A stretch of DNA of 64,000 nucleotides, taken from positions 1-64,000 of the forward strand of contig NW_003314346.1 in assembly GCF_000143415.4 (NCBI RefSeq), given 5' to 3'. This DNA comes from Selaginella moellendorffii (taxonomy: Eukaryota > Plantae > Lycopodiophyta). Under the pieces are notes generated by a model. The model searched no databases. It was not told the origin of the DNA and saw only the letters and a program-made list of their open reading frames with translations. Made by a program: the position numbers and the translations under genes. Shown here in pieces: positions 12,701 through 24,677 of this stretch. How positions within the stretch are numbered: position 1 is the first letter of the stretch; every line of letters begins with the position of its first letter.

Positions 12701-14506
12701 AGACACTTCAAGGTTTACACGGACAATGTGGCAACGAAACACTTCTTGTCACAGCCCGACCTAAGAGGGAAACAAGGTCGGTGGGCCAATGCCTTGGCCG
12801 AGTTTGATTGCGAAATTCTGTACAAGCCTGGGAAGAGCAACATCGTGGCGGATGTGCTAAGTCGAAAAGCGAGCTTGAAGTTGGCAATATCCAGCGCAAC
12901 AGCAACCTTCTGGGACGATGTGTGGACAGCATATGAGAACGATGGTCTAGCACAAGAAGTGTTGCTGAGGAATCTAGAGGCGCGGGAAGCTCACCAGAGA
13001 GGTGAGCTGCCAACGGAAGAGAAAACGGGCTATGCGGAACGCAACGGACTCATTTATTACAAGGAAACGAGGGTGTATGTTCCAGAAGGGGAACTAAGGA
13101 AGGTGGCCTTAGAAGAGTGTCATGACGGACCTCTTGCGGGACACGGCGGAGTGCCCAAGACGATGGGCTTACTCAAGAGGAAGTACCATTGGCCAGATAT
13201 GGCTAAGGACGTCCAAGACTATGTAAAGACATGTCCAACATGTCAGCAGGTCAAAGCCGTGACTAAGGCTAGTGGGGGCTTGTTGCAAAGCATCCCAATT
13301 CCAGATCGCCCGTGGAAATGTCTTACGATGGACTTCATCACGGGACTACCCCCAAGCGAGGGGTTCGATGCGATATTCGTGGTGGTGGACCGATTTTCAA
13401 AGATGGCACATTTCATACCCACCACAACGGACGTGGATGCGGAAGGTGTGGCGAAGCTGTTCTTTGAACAAGTGGTTCGAGTGCGGGGAAGGCCGGAAGA
13501 GATTATCTCAGATCGAGATAAGATCTTCACTAGTAGGTTCTGGAGGACACTCCTAGAACAGTATCGCACCAAATTGAAATTCAGCACAGCCTATCACCCA
13601 CAGACAGGTAATGGGTATTAAGTCAAGATTGATGGCACTAACACTTCTTGACAGACGGACAAACGGAAAGGGTGAATAGGCAGCTGGAGGATTATTTGCG
13701 ATGCTATGTCTCGGGAGACCAGACCGACTGGGTAAGTCATTTGGGACTTGCGGAAATGTGTTATAACAACTCACCACACTCAAGCATCGGGGTGAGTCCA
13801 TGGGAAGTCATCAATGGGCGAGCTATTGAAGGTCCTGTGGAACTCGGCGTGGCCGAGTATCATGGAGAGTTACCCGCAGTGGAGGCATTCACGGCGGAAA
13901 GACTCAACATTTGGAATCTAGTGAGGGATTCCTTGGAACGGGCTCAACAAAGGCAAACTAAGTACGCGAACCAAAAGCGTCGGGATGTGGAGTTCCAAGC
14001 TGGGGAGAAGGTGTGGCTGAACACCAAGAACCTCAGACTACCAAGCTGGATCAGTCGAAAGTTGACCCAAAGGTAAAGACGCATGTATTCCTGTAAATGA
14101 ATTGATCTTGAGTTCCTTAAGCAGGTTCGCGGGGCCTTATGAAATTGAGGCACGAATCGGTAAAGTGGCTTACCGACTCCGACTTCCTCGAGAGATGGGG
14201 AAGATGCACCCAGTGTTCCACGTGAACTTACTCAAGCCGTACTTTGAGGATCCGCTTCGCAAGGACCAAGTGAGACCTTTACCTGAAGTTATCCAAGGGG
14301 AAGAGGAATACGAAGTCGAGGCCATCCTCAATGCGCGCAAGAGCAAGCGACAAGGACGCGAGGTGAGAGAGTTCCATGTGAAGTGGAAAGGATTTCCACA
14401 CTGCGAAGCAACATGGGAACCGGAGGAGAACCTAGCGAATGCACGAGATCTAGTGGAGGAATTTCTGCAAGGCAGAACTTTATGTACTTATGCAAAATTC
14501 AATTAA
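9734..14506 (+). CDS. Gag-Pol polyprotein (gag, CCHC knuckle, protease, RT, RNase H, integrase, chromodomain); exons 9734-13607, 13655-14072, 14125-14506; one in-frame TAG at 9866-9868
   Basis: [32 protein letters not shown] zinc finger, [17 protein letters not shown] and RFAGPY restored by splicing, YEVEAIL...VKWKGF...TWEP chromodomain. Confidence 0.93.
13608..13654 (+). other. 47-nt GT-AG intron in the integrase core
   Basis: GTAATG donor, CACTAAC branch site, TTGACAG acceptor; removal restores [10 protein letters not shown] exactly. Confidence 0.92.
14073..14124 (+). other. 52-nt GT-AG intron before the GPY/F motif
   Basis: AG|GTAAAG...TAAGCAG|G; removal restores KLTQRFAGPY in frame. Confidence 0.9.
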
Positions 14507-14642
14507 AAATATCAATTTGCAAAGTTGAGCAAATGGCATATGTTGGGACCCGAAGGCGCGCCAAAGGTAAGCTAATTAGCATGGGTTGGATAGGTCGACC
14601 AGGCGTAGGGCACTACGCCCGACTCCCTGCGGGGATGTCGAA

Positions 14643-14716
14643 TCCGTAGACGTATTCTACGGAGGTTGGGTTCGAGTCCCAACCCCCTAGTAAAGCAAGG
14701 CTGGGTTCAAGTCCCG
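14643..14716 (+). other. tRNA-like hairpins / B-box motifs in the 3' UTR of element A
   Basis: TCCGTAGA..TCTACGGA hairpin abutting GGTTGGG-TTCGAGT-CCCAACC; second GGGTTCAAGTCCC follows. Confidence 0.6.
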
Positions 14717-14909
14717 ACCCTATACTAGGGCGTGGTGAGGTGAGGAATATAGGGACACCTATATTCCGTTGTCATGGGCTCTTGGCCGGGGAGGCTAACT
14801 TAGGCACACCGCTAAGTGGGGGGATGCCCCCGGAGACATGGACAACAAGTCGTAGGATAAGACGAGACGTTCGATGTGGGCATCGAACTTCTTCTATGGG
14901 TGGTGGAGT

Positions 14910-16058
14910 TGTAAGGAACCGACTCCCCGAGATGTCGTAGGCTAAAGGATCCCCAAAAGCTTGACCGAAGTGACAAAGAGTTCATCGGATGGGACCAAGT
15001 CGAGGATCGAGTCCAAGACCGACTCTAGGACCGAGTTCGAGATAGAGTCCGGAATCGAGTCCGAGACCGACTCGGGGACCGAGTTCGAGTCCGAGTTCGA
15101 GACCGAGTTCGAGACGGAGTCCGAGATCCGAAATCGGGTCCAAGACCGAGTCCGAGGTCGAGTCCGAGGTCGGGTCCGAGATCGGGTCCGAGATCGAGTC
15201 CGTAATCGAGTCCGAACCCGAATCCGAAGTCGGATCCGAAATCGGGTCCGAGATCGAGCCAGAGACTAAGTCCAAATACTAATACGGGTCAAGGGGTGAA
15301 AGCCCAAAGCGTGCGTCTCCCAGGGGGGGGGGGGCTGCAGGGGGTTCCAAAAGTATAGTAGGGATAGTGAGGTCCAGGAACCAGTTTTGAAGGGACTCTC
15401 CAGTTGGGCTTCCAAGCCGACTTGAGGTTGGGACTGGGACCGAGGGGCCTTGGGTGGGAGTGAGCATGGACTTGGCTGGTGCCGGAGGGGCCATCCAAGG
15501 AAGTGCTCAAGAGCAGCTCCCACTCCCGAAAGGGAAACCGATTGCGGTGCTCCCGGCTCATGTGGAGTGGTGCCCCACTTGAGTACCATGCGGCTCATTG
15601 GTCCTCGCCCTTCCTAGGGGCTTGGGCCTTCCTTCGGGATGGAAGTGGGGGGCGAGAGGTACCCATACCGGGCCGCTAGGCCACGGTGTTTCGCCCCGGC
15701 GTCCCGAAGCAAGCGTTGCACTCAAGACTTGGGATTTAGAGGGTCCCATGATCAAGTCTTGTGGTACCAAGGGATGTTAGGAACCTGGAAGCTTGGTGTG
15801 CTTGGCTGCTTGTGCTTGCGGGGAGTGTAGCCGAACCTTAAGTCCAGTCTAACCCGGGGAGGGGGATTGGGAGTGATTTGGGAATCCATGGAAGGATGGC
15901 TAACACTCCGTTGCTCGTGCAGTGAGTAGCTGAAACCAAGTAGGAGCTGGTACCATAGGCGAGAACCTTGGCGAGGGAACTTAGCAAAAGCCAAGGCAGT
16001 GTTGGACGGATAGGCGAGGTAAGCTGGCAAAGTGGAAAGGAAAAATTTGTGGCTTACA
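14910..16058 (+). repeat. 3' LTR of element A (1149 bp)
   Basis: TG...CA termini, preceded by PPT. Confidence 0.95.
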
Positions 16059-16740
16059 CTAGAGCAGCGTGGAGCTTGGGCTTAGACCCAAGCCGGACGC
16101 AGAACAAGGAGCGACACAGCCCAGCGGAAGCCAAACTAATGTCTCAGGTGGTCGGACATGCATTCCAACCACTATCCCTACTATACATTTGGAACCCCCC
16201 ACAGCCCCCCCCCCTTGAGGGACACACGCTTTGGGCTTTCACCCCAAGCCACCCTTAGTACCAGGAGTTAGTCTCTGGGACAAGCTCAAAACTTACTAAA
16301 TATGGAATGGCCTTAGATTGCGAATTTGTACATGGGACGAACACCATTGTGTTCAGGCCGACCTCAACATTCCGTAGATATGCCAAATGAGCGAATCTAG
16401 ACACTTTCCATAAATAGCATTTGGGACCGAAACGAGACTAACACAAAGGGCGTGATAGCGAGGGTGTTTGGCAAACACGGTAAGCTATCATCTAGCGAAT
16501 ATTGAGGGACTAGTCTCAATATCGCGGGGGTTCCCAACACTAGCAAGTGCAAGTCAACATCATGAGTTTCTCATCACCGTGTCAAGTATGCTTGACTTAA
16601 TGACAACTTAGGATTTCCTTCCTTAGTGCCCTTCCGGTCTAAGTGCACATGTGCTGACCAGTTTCTCAACTAGCTTGGGCGGAGACCATAAAGGGAACCA
16701 GCAGTACCGACCTCCTGCCGTCGTGGCAGTAAGGAGAGAG
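16059..16740 (-). repeat. Internal fragment of family-B LTR
   Basis: Homologous to the other family-B LTR copies (e.g. from 44499 onward); both termini missing. Confidence 0.88.
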
Positions 16741-16749
16741 AGTCTAACG

Positions 16750-19700
16750 TAATGCCTTCCCCAACAACTTTTAACAAATGGAACAATGAGCATAAAACTC
16801 AAAGAACCAAAGCTCGAAGAAGCCTATAGCTAAGTCTTGCTTAATAATGATCACGAGTCTCATAGAAGCTAACTTCAATGCTAAAGAAGAAATCATGGTG
16901 CAACCCACAATGTCTTCTTCAACACATTCATAAGCCAAACTTCATAATGCCAAAGCTAATGAAGAGCATTTCTGCATCAATCCAAAAGCTAAGCACAATG
17001 GAGCTATGCTCAACAAGTGATCACTAAATGATCCTCCATGAATCCATCTATAGCAAGACGTAACTCACTTCATAACAAGCACAAGAAAAATCATTAATGA
17101 TTGATATATCTCAATTGAAATCCAAGAAGGATTTAATCACTTCAATGCCAATCACTAACTCTTCCTCTCATAGAGGTAGCATTGTCCACGACTAAATCAC
17201 CTTTCAAGGAAAAGCTAAAGCTCAATCCTCTACTAAATAATCTCGTCTAGAACACTACTAACTCAACTTGCCACTCAGTTTGTTTGAACGTCAACACAGT
17301 TGCTAACTAGCAAATGCACGAATGCCAACAACATAAATCTATAGCCAAATCATCAACACTATATTCATCAAGACTAATGAAACTCAATATCAATCCTTAG
17401 AAGGATAGCTCATTTCACTCAAGTCTCAATATCAACAATGTCAACGACAAAGCATCACTTCAATGCCATCAACATCAGGACAAAGCTAGAAGAAAGCAAG
17501 AGTGAATCACCACTCGGAGCTTTCCAGCAACCAAGCTAACCAAAGTCGAAGATACTATACTTAGTATCCGAGACCAATCCGTTAGCAAAACTCAGTGACA
17601 GATAACACATCATCAAGGAGTGAATCACCACATCCAAGACTCAATGAAATCCAACACTATAGACCAAATGTAACCAAATGATATCGACAAAGGAATTGAC
17701 ATGCCACCATGGAAAAACCATGTCAGCCTAATGACACGATCCTCCGCAACACCATCCAGTAAAGCAAGCCCATCACTGCTAAATCATCATCGAGCAAAGC
17801 AAGTATCAACAGTCTTTTTGACAAAGTCTACAAGTAATCACTAGTCGCAAAGCAACTAACAATCACCCCTCAACTTGCCTTCACAAGACCCAAACACCAA
17901 CTCTTGTCATCAAGTTATATACTTATCTAGCATAAACATAATACTTCAAACATGAGATAAAAGTTCATGGACAAGCACAAACTAAATGACCACTCGAATC
18001 CAACTCAACCGCAATAAGCTCACCAATGCATTTAGTCAATAGCTCTGAGCATGCCTTGAAGAGGCTAGCTATGTGATCAACACTCAGTCGAAACTAAAGT
18101 GAAGACCATGAGATGGACTCATATCGGTACACAACCTCCTCATAGACAAAGCTATAGTACGGGTACCAACATCTCAGCTTGCAAACAACTAAGTTGGACA
18201 TCACCATCCTCAGCCAAGGCGCAGGGCCACCAAGACCAAGTCAAGATCAGTGAGAGCTCACTACTCTCATAGAGTCTAACGTAATGCAAGGTGCAACCTG
18301 CCACCAAGCATAACGCTACAAAAGAAAGGTACAAGGGTCACCTTTCTGAGAAAAGTGCAACAACCACTTTTCTACACCAACTCCAGACTCTATCCAACTC
18401 AATTGCCTTAGCCCCAAAAGTTAGCATCCCTTTCAGGCTGCATCATACAAACTATCTACTAAGGTTTAAGCCAACCGAAGCCAACTCCAACCCCTTCAAC
18501 AGTTTGTACTGGCTTTCGAAAATGGAATGGTTTTCGAGCAAAGTGATCAATAGATCAGCCATTGGAAAAGTCTAAGAAAATTTATGGAAAATTTTCCATC
18601 CTAGGGAAAGAATAACTCTCAGTCCAGGAATGCAAACTTTCAAGACTCAACCAACTTCCTCCTACTAACAACCCCACATAGGTTCACCTCAACAAAAATT
18701 CTCATGATCCAAAAATATGCTTAAGCATCGAACATCTTTGCCCATCTAACCAATATCCAACACCGACATTCGCAAACTGCAAAATGAACATCCAAGGCTT
18801 GATCTCTAAGACCACATCTTCGGATATCCACATTGCACTAACACTCTTCTTCAATCACCTTCAAGATCCAATGTGAAGCCAAAACACTAACAAGATAAAT
18901 GACATGAAAAATCAAGGTCCAAGGAAAATTCCTCATCACTTGAAATAACAATGCCATTTCCATTAACACAAGTGCTAGTGATGTCAATGCCCCAACTACA
19001 CACCTTCTCCATCCAATAATTTATTCCAAGTGCTAACGGATCAATAGATGAGCTATAGCAAATGAATGCTACAACCCATTCCCAACACCTTATGGGCAAA
19101 CCCTCAAGGAAACAAGGTACCAACATAAGCTTAGCATAATGGACCACCATTGAGAATCCAGTCAAGGCTACTACAATGCTACTTCGTGCAAGTAGACTAG
19201 CTTCTCCATCAACCACTTTGGGGTTGATCATCATTTACCCAAGCAACTTTGTAAACACATTGCTCATTATCACATGGATATGATATAAATCACAATGACT
19301 TGATCATCAATTGAGTAACGCAATGAGCAAGGCTTATGTCATTACTTCAAACGTTCATGTGAATATCAAATGCCAACTCGATTTGACAAAATGCAACATA
19401 AATGCCACACTCCACCAATAGAGGTTTACGACACCCAACACCACTAACTTTTGTTCACAACACGGACAAGCTCATGCCACTCTCTTTCTGACCAAACTCA
19501 ACACTAATCCAACACCAAGCTACTCAAGGAGCAATAGTAAGGTTCCCCAGAAAAGAATTGAGCATTGCAACCCAAGTCTTCCAATAGCAAGCTTTAGACA
19601 AAATGGTTTAACGTTTCACCGCTATCCATCCCACAACTCACCATTGTAAGACCACCATCTCCAACATGCATCAAGATAGGGACTCTTGATTGCATAATGT

Positions 19701-20208
19701 GAACACGAGCAATGAGTCACACCTCGTTGCAAATCATTTCTCCAAGAAGAGAACATGATTTACGTTTTTGATCCTCCGTCCCCGATGCCTCTCTTTTCGG
19801 TCTCATCTTTGACCAAACCTCAAGCTTGCTTTCGCACTGCCTTCAGTTCAATCGAAGAAAAGTTTATAAGAGAGCACAGCCATGACTATTTGAACCAATA
19901 GACTAATCCCTTATAGTCTTGATTGATCCACTTATAATCATGCCTAGGAAGGATCCACTAGTGCCGTGCTAAACAGCTACGGACCAGCCTATTTGCCACT
20001 CATAGCAAACCCTCTTATGAGCCCAAGAGCAAGCTTATATAATACGGTACAAAATGGTAACCAAAACCATACCCAAGGAACAATTGCGAAGCCTTTGCAC
20101 CCAAACGTGTACCCACTCGGATCATCGTTTTCATCTCTGCGTATGCTATGAGACTAGTTGCCCAATCTCATTGGATAGTATCGCTGAGACGTATTCTCTG
20201 ATACCAAA
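16750..20208 (-). mobile_element. LARD 5' two-thirds (subtype alpha) with a ~165-bp internal deletion near 20010
   Basis: Inverted copy of ~3074-6691; PBS at ~20196-20206. Confidence 0.88.
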
Positions 20209-20720
20209 TGTAGCGCACCTTATCTCTCTCCCCTTAAGCCAACTGGAAAAGGGGCAATTGCTTGATGAGAGAGCCCTTAGTGGCTATTTTATCCCTATTT
20301 ATCTCCCAAGGTTCCAAGGATCCACGGTGACAGTATATCCAAATCTCATCCCATGATCACATGCGCTACACTCACCCCCCCTTCAGAGATGTCAATATCC
20401 TCATTGACTATTAACTAACAACCCCTACTGAGCCAAGGGGAACCAGCACCTCCATTTCCGCACTCAATCTACCAATCCTTCCATTGTGTAGACTAGCTAT
20501 TCCATGTGAGGCAACTAGTCATCCACCCGTACCGTAGTCCCACGGTGGATACCTTCGTCCGTGGATACTCCACACAAGAGGAAGGACGTACGTATGGATG
20601 CCCAATACATACGATTTTAAATTTAGGGGTAGGAATATACCTTGCTCAAGGGTATATTATACTTTTAAGTAGCCACTAATCAATGGGAATCGAACCCGTG
20701 CCATTTGCTCCGATACCAAC
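20209..20720 (-). mobile_element. TRIM (miniature LTR element): PBS 20707-20718, ~340-bp internal region, PPT 20371-20384, 162-bp LTR 20209-20370; 5' LTR missing
   Basis: LTR bounded by perfect 9-bp inverted repeats TGTAGCGCA/TGCGCTACA; PBS TGGTATCGGAGC; PPT GAAGGGGGGGTGAG. Confidence 0.85.
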
Positions 20721-23700
20721 TGTGTTGACGTTCAAACAAACTGAGTGGCAAGTTGAGTTAGTAGTGTTCTAGACGAGATTATTTAGTAGAGGATTGAGCT
20801 TTAGCTTTTCCTTGAAAGGTGATTTAGTCGTGGACAATGCTACCTTTATGAGAGGAAGAGTTAGTGATTGGCATTGAAGTGATTAAATCCTTCTTGGATT
20901 TCAATTGAGATATATCAATCATTAATGATTTTTCTTGTGCTTGTTATGAAGTGAGTTACGTCTTGCTATAGATGGATTCATGGAGGATCATTTAGTGATC
21001 ACTTGTTGAGCATAGCTCCATTGTGCTTAGCTTTTGGATTGATGCAGAAATGCTCTTCATTAGCTTTGGCATTATGAAGTTTGGCTTATGAATGTGTTGA
21101 AGAAGACATTGTGGGTTGCACCATGATTTCTTCTTTAGCATTGAAGTTAGCTTCTATGAGACTCGTGATCATTATTAAGCAAGACTTAGCTATAGGCTTC
21201 TTCGAGCTTTGGTTCTTTGAGTTTTATGCTCATTGTTCCATTTGTTAAAAGTTGTTGGGGAAGGCATTTTATGGCTCTTTAGCTTTGATGTTGAAGTTAG
21301 TATTTGCATCTAGCAATCATTGGTGATGATTGACTATCATCTAGGATAATTGATTATCCATGTCAAAAAGTTTTGCTTGATTATTGTTGGTATAGAATGG
21401 TTTGCCGTTCTTCGGGATGGTGGATTCCTTCTTAAACGATGATTATGCATCTCTTTATTGATGGAATGATTGATGATCTTTCATGATGGTTAGTTGTTCT
21501 CTTTGATAGCTTAGGCCTTTTCGCAATACCACATATTCTTTGTGGTTTGCCTGGATTGGTCTCTTGGGTTTGAGACATCAGTAGGATGTTGCTGACACTT
21601 GCTTAGGCAACTTGAGTTCCTTGGTATTGTTGGCTGGGATCTATTCAGATTGGCTTTTGTGATAGTTGGCAGGAATGAGTGTTTGTTGGTCTTACCACAT
21701 TCATTTTCTTCTGTTGATTGTTGCTCGAGTTAGTTTTGATAGATTTGGATGTTATTTCCTTTAGGTGATACATTCGCGAGCATTGTGCTTGTTAGTCAAT
21801 GATACTTTGTGTTCTTTGAGTTCTCTCTAGTAAGTTGTTGGTTTACTGTCTACTATCTTCGATAGTTAAGTTTCATCATTGAGTTTCCTTAATGATATAC
21901 TAGCTATTGAATTTTGTTGGATGGTCATTCCTGTGTTTGCCAAATTATGATAATCTGTTGGTGGTTCCTATCTACAATACTACTGGTTTATCGGATGATA
22001 ACTTGCTTAGAATACTTTTGTGTTCTACTCTAAGATATAATCACTAGTAATTAAGCTTCTCAGATATCATTGTCTCTGACTTTGATATTGTCCATCTATT
22101 GCTCTTTGAGTTTGGGCCAGTATAGGCAGACTGGCTTCGGCACTTCGTGTGCATGGTGAAATCTCTAGTCATGGGGTAGCTACTGTCGACTGGTCACATA
22201 ACCCGCCTCTCTGTCGATGTTCTTTATTTCGTTGAAAGGGCGTGACCGTGTAAACAACTCTAAACTGCCTGTTGACAGTAGTCTATCTAAACCTTACCGA
22301 CGGGTTTGGTTTCTTTGCTCAGGAGGGTTGGAGCCTCTGGCTTCTCTCTCTATGTCCCTGCGGGCAGGGCATATCACACTTTTGTAAGCTGGGTGACTCC
22401 CAGAGCAGCAGGGGTGGCTGACTCCGTTGGTCATTTCCTTGTCGGCGACGGCCGGAAGGTGTCTGAGCTGGTAGCGCATCCGCGTTAGACAAAGAGGTTG
22501 CCCCCTAACTCATTTAAGTTGGTGCATTTCTCACATAGTGTGAGTACCGTGAACTTTTTATGGAGTTGTTTTTCTTCTAGCTTTGTCCTGATGTTGATGG
22601 CATTAAAGTGATGCCTTGTCATTGATGTTGTTGACATTGAGATTCGAGTGAAATGAGATATCCTTCCAAGGATTGATATTGAGTTTCATTAGTCTTGATG
22701 AATATAGTGTTGATGATTTGGCTATAGCTTTGTGTTGTTGGCATTCGTGCATTTGCTAGTTAGCAACTGTGTTGACGTTCAAACGAACTGAGTGGCAAGT
22801 TGAGTTAGTTGTGTTCTAGACGAGATTATTTAGTAGAGGGTTGAGCTTTAGTTTTTCCTTGAAAAGTGATTTAGTCATGGACTATGCTAACTCTACGAGA
22901 AGAAGAGTTAGTGATCGATATTAGAATGTTGAGTCCTTGCTGGATTTGAGTTCGGAATATAGCAATCATTAATGATTCTTTTTGAGCTTGTTATGAAGTG
23001 AGTTACGTCTTGCTATAGATGGATTCATGGAGGATCGTTTGATGATCACTTGTTAAGCATAGCTTTGTTATGTTTAGCTTTTGGATTGATGCAGAAATGC
23101 TCTTCATTAGCTTTGGCATTATGAAGTTTGGCTTATGGATGTGTTGAGGAAGATATTGTGGGTTGCACCATGATTTCTTCTTTAGCATTGAAGTTAGCTT
23201 TTATGAGACTTGTGATCATTATTAGGCAAGACTTAGTTATAGGCTTCTTCGAGCTTTTGGTTCTTGAGTTTTGTGCTCATTGTTCCATTTGTTTGAAGTT
23301 GTTGGGGGAAGGCATTTTGGCTCATTAGCTTCAATTGAAGTTAGTTTTTGCATCTGGCAATCATTGGTGATGATTGACTATCATTTAGGGTAGTTGATTG
23401 TCCTTATCACAAGTTTTGCTTGATTATTGTTGGTTTGGAATTATTTGCTATTCTTCGGGATGGTAGATTCTTTCTTCAACAATGATTATACATCACTACA
23501 TTGATGAGCTAATTGACGATCTTTCATGATAGTTGGTTGTTCTCTTTGATGGCTTTTGGCTTTTTGCAATACCACATGTTCTTTGTGGTTTGCTCTGGAT
23601 TGGTCTCTTGGGTTTAAGACATCAGTAGGATGTTGCTAACACTTGCTTAGGCAACTTGAGTTCCTTGGTATTGTTGGCTGGGATCTATTCAGATTGGCTT

Positions 23701-24677
23701 TTGTGATAGTTAACAGGCATGAGTGTTTGTTGGTCTTCCCACATTCATTCTCTTCTGTTGATTATTGCTCGAGTTAGTTTTGATAGATTTGGATGTTATT
23801 TCCTTTGGGTGATACATTCGCGAGCATTGTGCTTGTTAGTCAATGATACTTTGTGTTCTTTGAGTTCTCTCTCGTAAGTTGTTGGCTTACTGTCTGCTAT
23901 CTTCGGTAGTTAAGTTTTATCATTGCGTTTACTTGATGATATACTTGCTATTGAATTTTGTTGGATGGTGCATCCTATGTTTTCCAATGATAGTGATCTT
24001 GGTGGTTCCTATACTGTAATACTAGTTTATCGGATGATAACTTACTTGGAATACTTTTGTGTTCTAATCTAAGCTTTATTCCCTGATAATTAAATCTCTA
24101 AAATATCATTGTCTATGACTTTGATATTGTCCATCTATTGATCTTTGAGTTTGGGCCAGTAATGGGCAGACTGGCTTCGGCACTTCGTGTGCATGGTGAA
24201 ATCTCTAGTCATGGGGTAGTTACTGTCGACTGGTCACATAACCCGCCTCTCTGTCGATGTTCCTTGTTCCGTTGAAAGGGCGTGACCGTGTAAACAACTC
24301 TAACTGCCTGTTTACAGTAATCTATCTAAACCTTACCGACGGGTTTGGTTTCTTTGCTTAGGAGGGTTGGGGCCTCTGGCTTCTCTCTCTATGTTCCTGC
24401 GGGCAGGGGCATATCACACTTTTGTAAGCTGGGTGACTCCCAGAGCAGCAGGGGTGGCTGACTCTGTTGGTCATTTCCTTGTCGGCGACGGCCGGAAGGT
24501 GTCTGAGGTGGTAGCGCATCCGCGTTAGACAAAGAGGTTGCCCCCTAACTCATTTAAGTTGGTGCATTTCTCACATAGTGTGAGTATCGTGAACTTTTTA
24601 TGGAGTTGTTTCCTTGGCGGTATTCTAGACTGGAGTATGCATCGACGAGGACGTCGATCTTCCCTAGGGGGGGAGAG
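20717..24677 (+). mobile_element. Two tandem LARD 3' fragments (alpha 20717-~22570, beta ~22571-24677) ending in PPT
   Basis: Equivalent to ~6140-7992 and then ~5948-8060. Confidence 0.85.

Larger units (their letters stand above)
8544..16058 (+). mobile_element. Ty3/gypsy chromovirus element A, young and near-complete
   Basis: LTRs 8544-9674 (first 17 nt missing) and 14910-16058 (TGTAAG...CTTACA) differ by ~3 substitutions and one G-run indel; PBS TGGTATCGGAGC 9678-9689; PPT GGGTGGTGGAG just before 14910; gag-pol inside. Confidence 0.96.

Noticed and set aside
14643-14716. Complete tRNA gene
   Set aside because: No D-arm or acceptor stem; only T-arm-like hairpins
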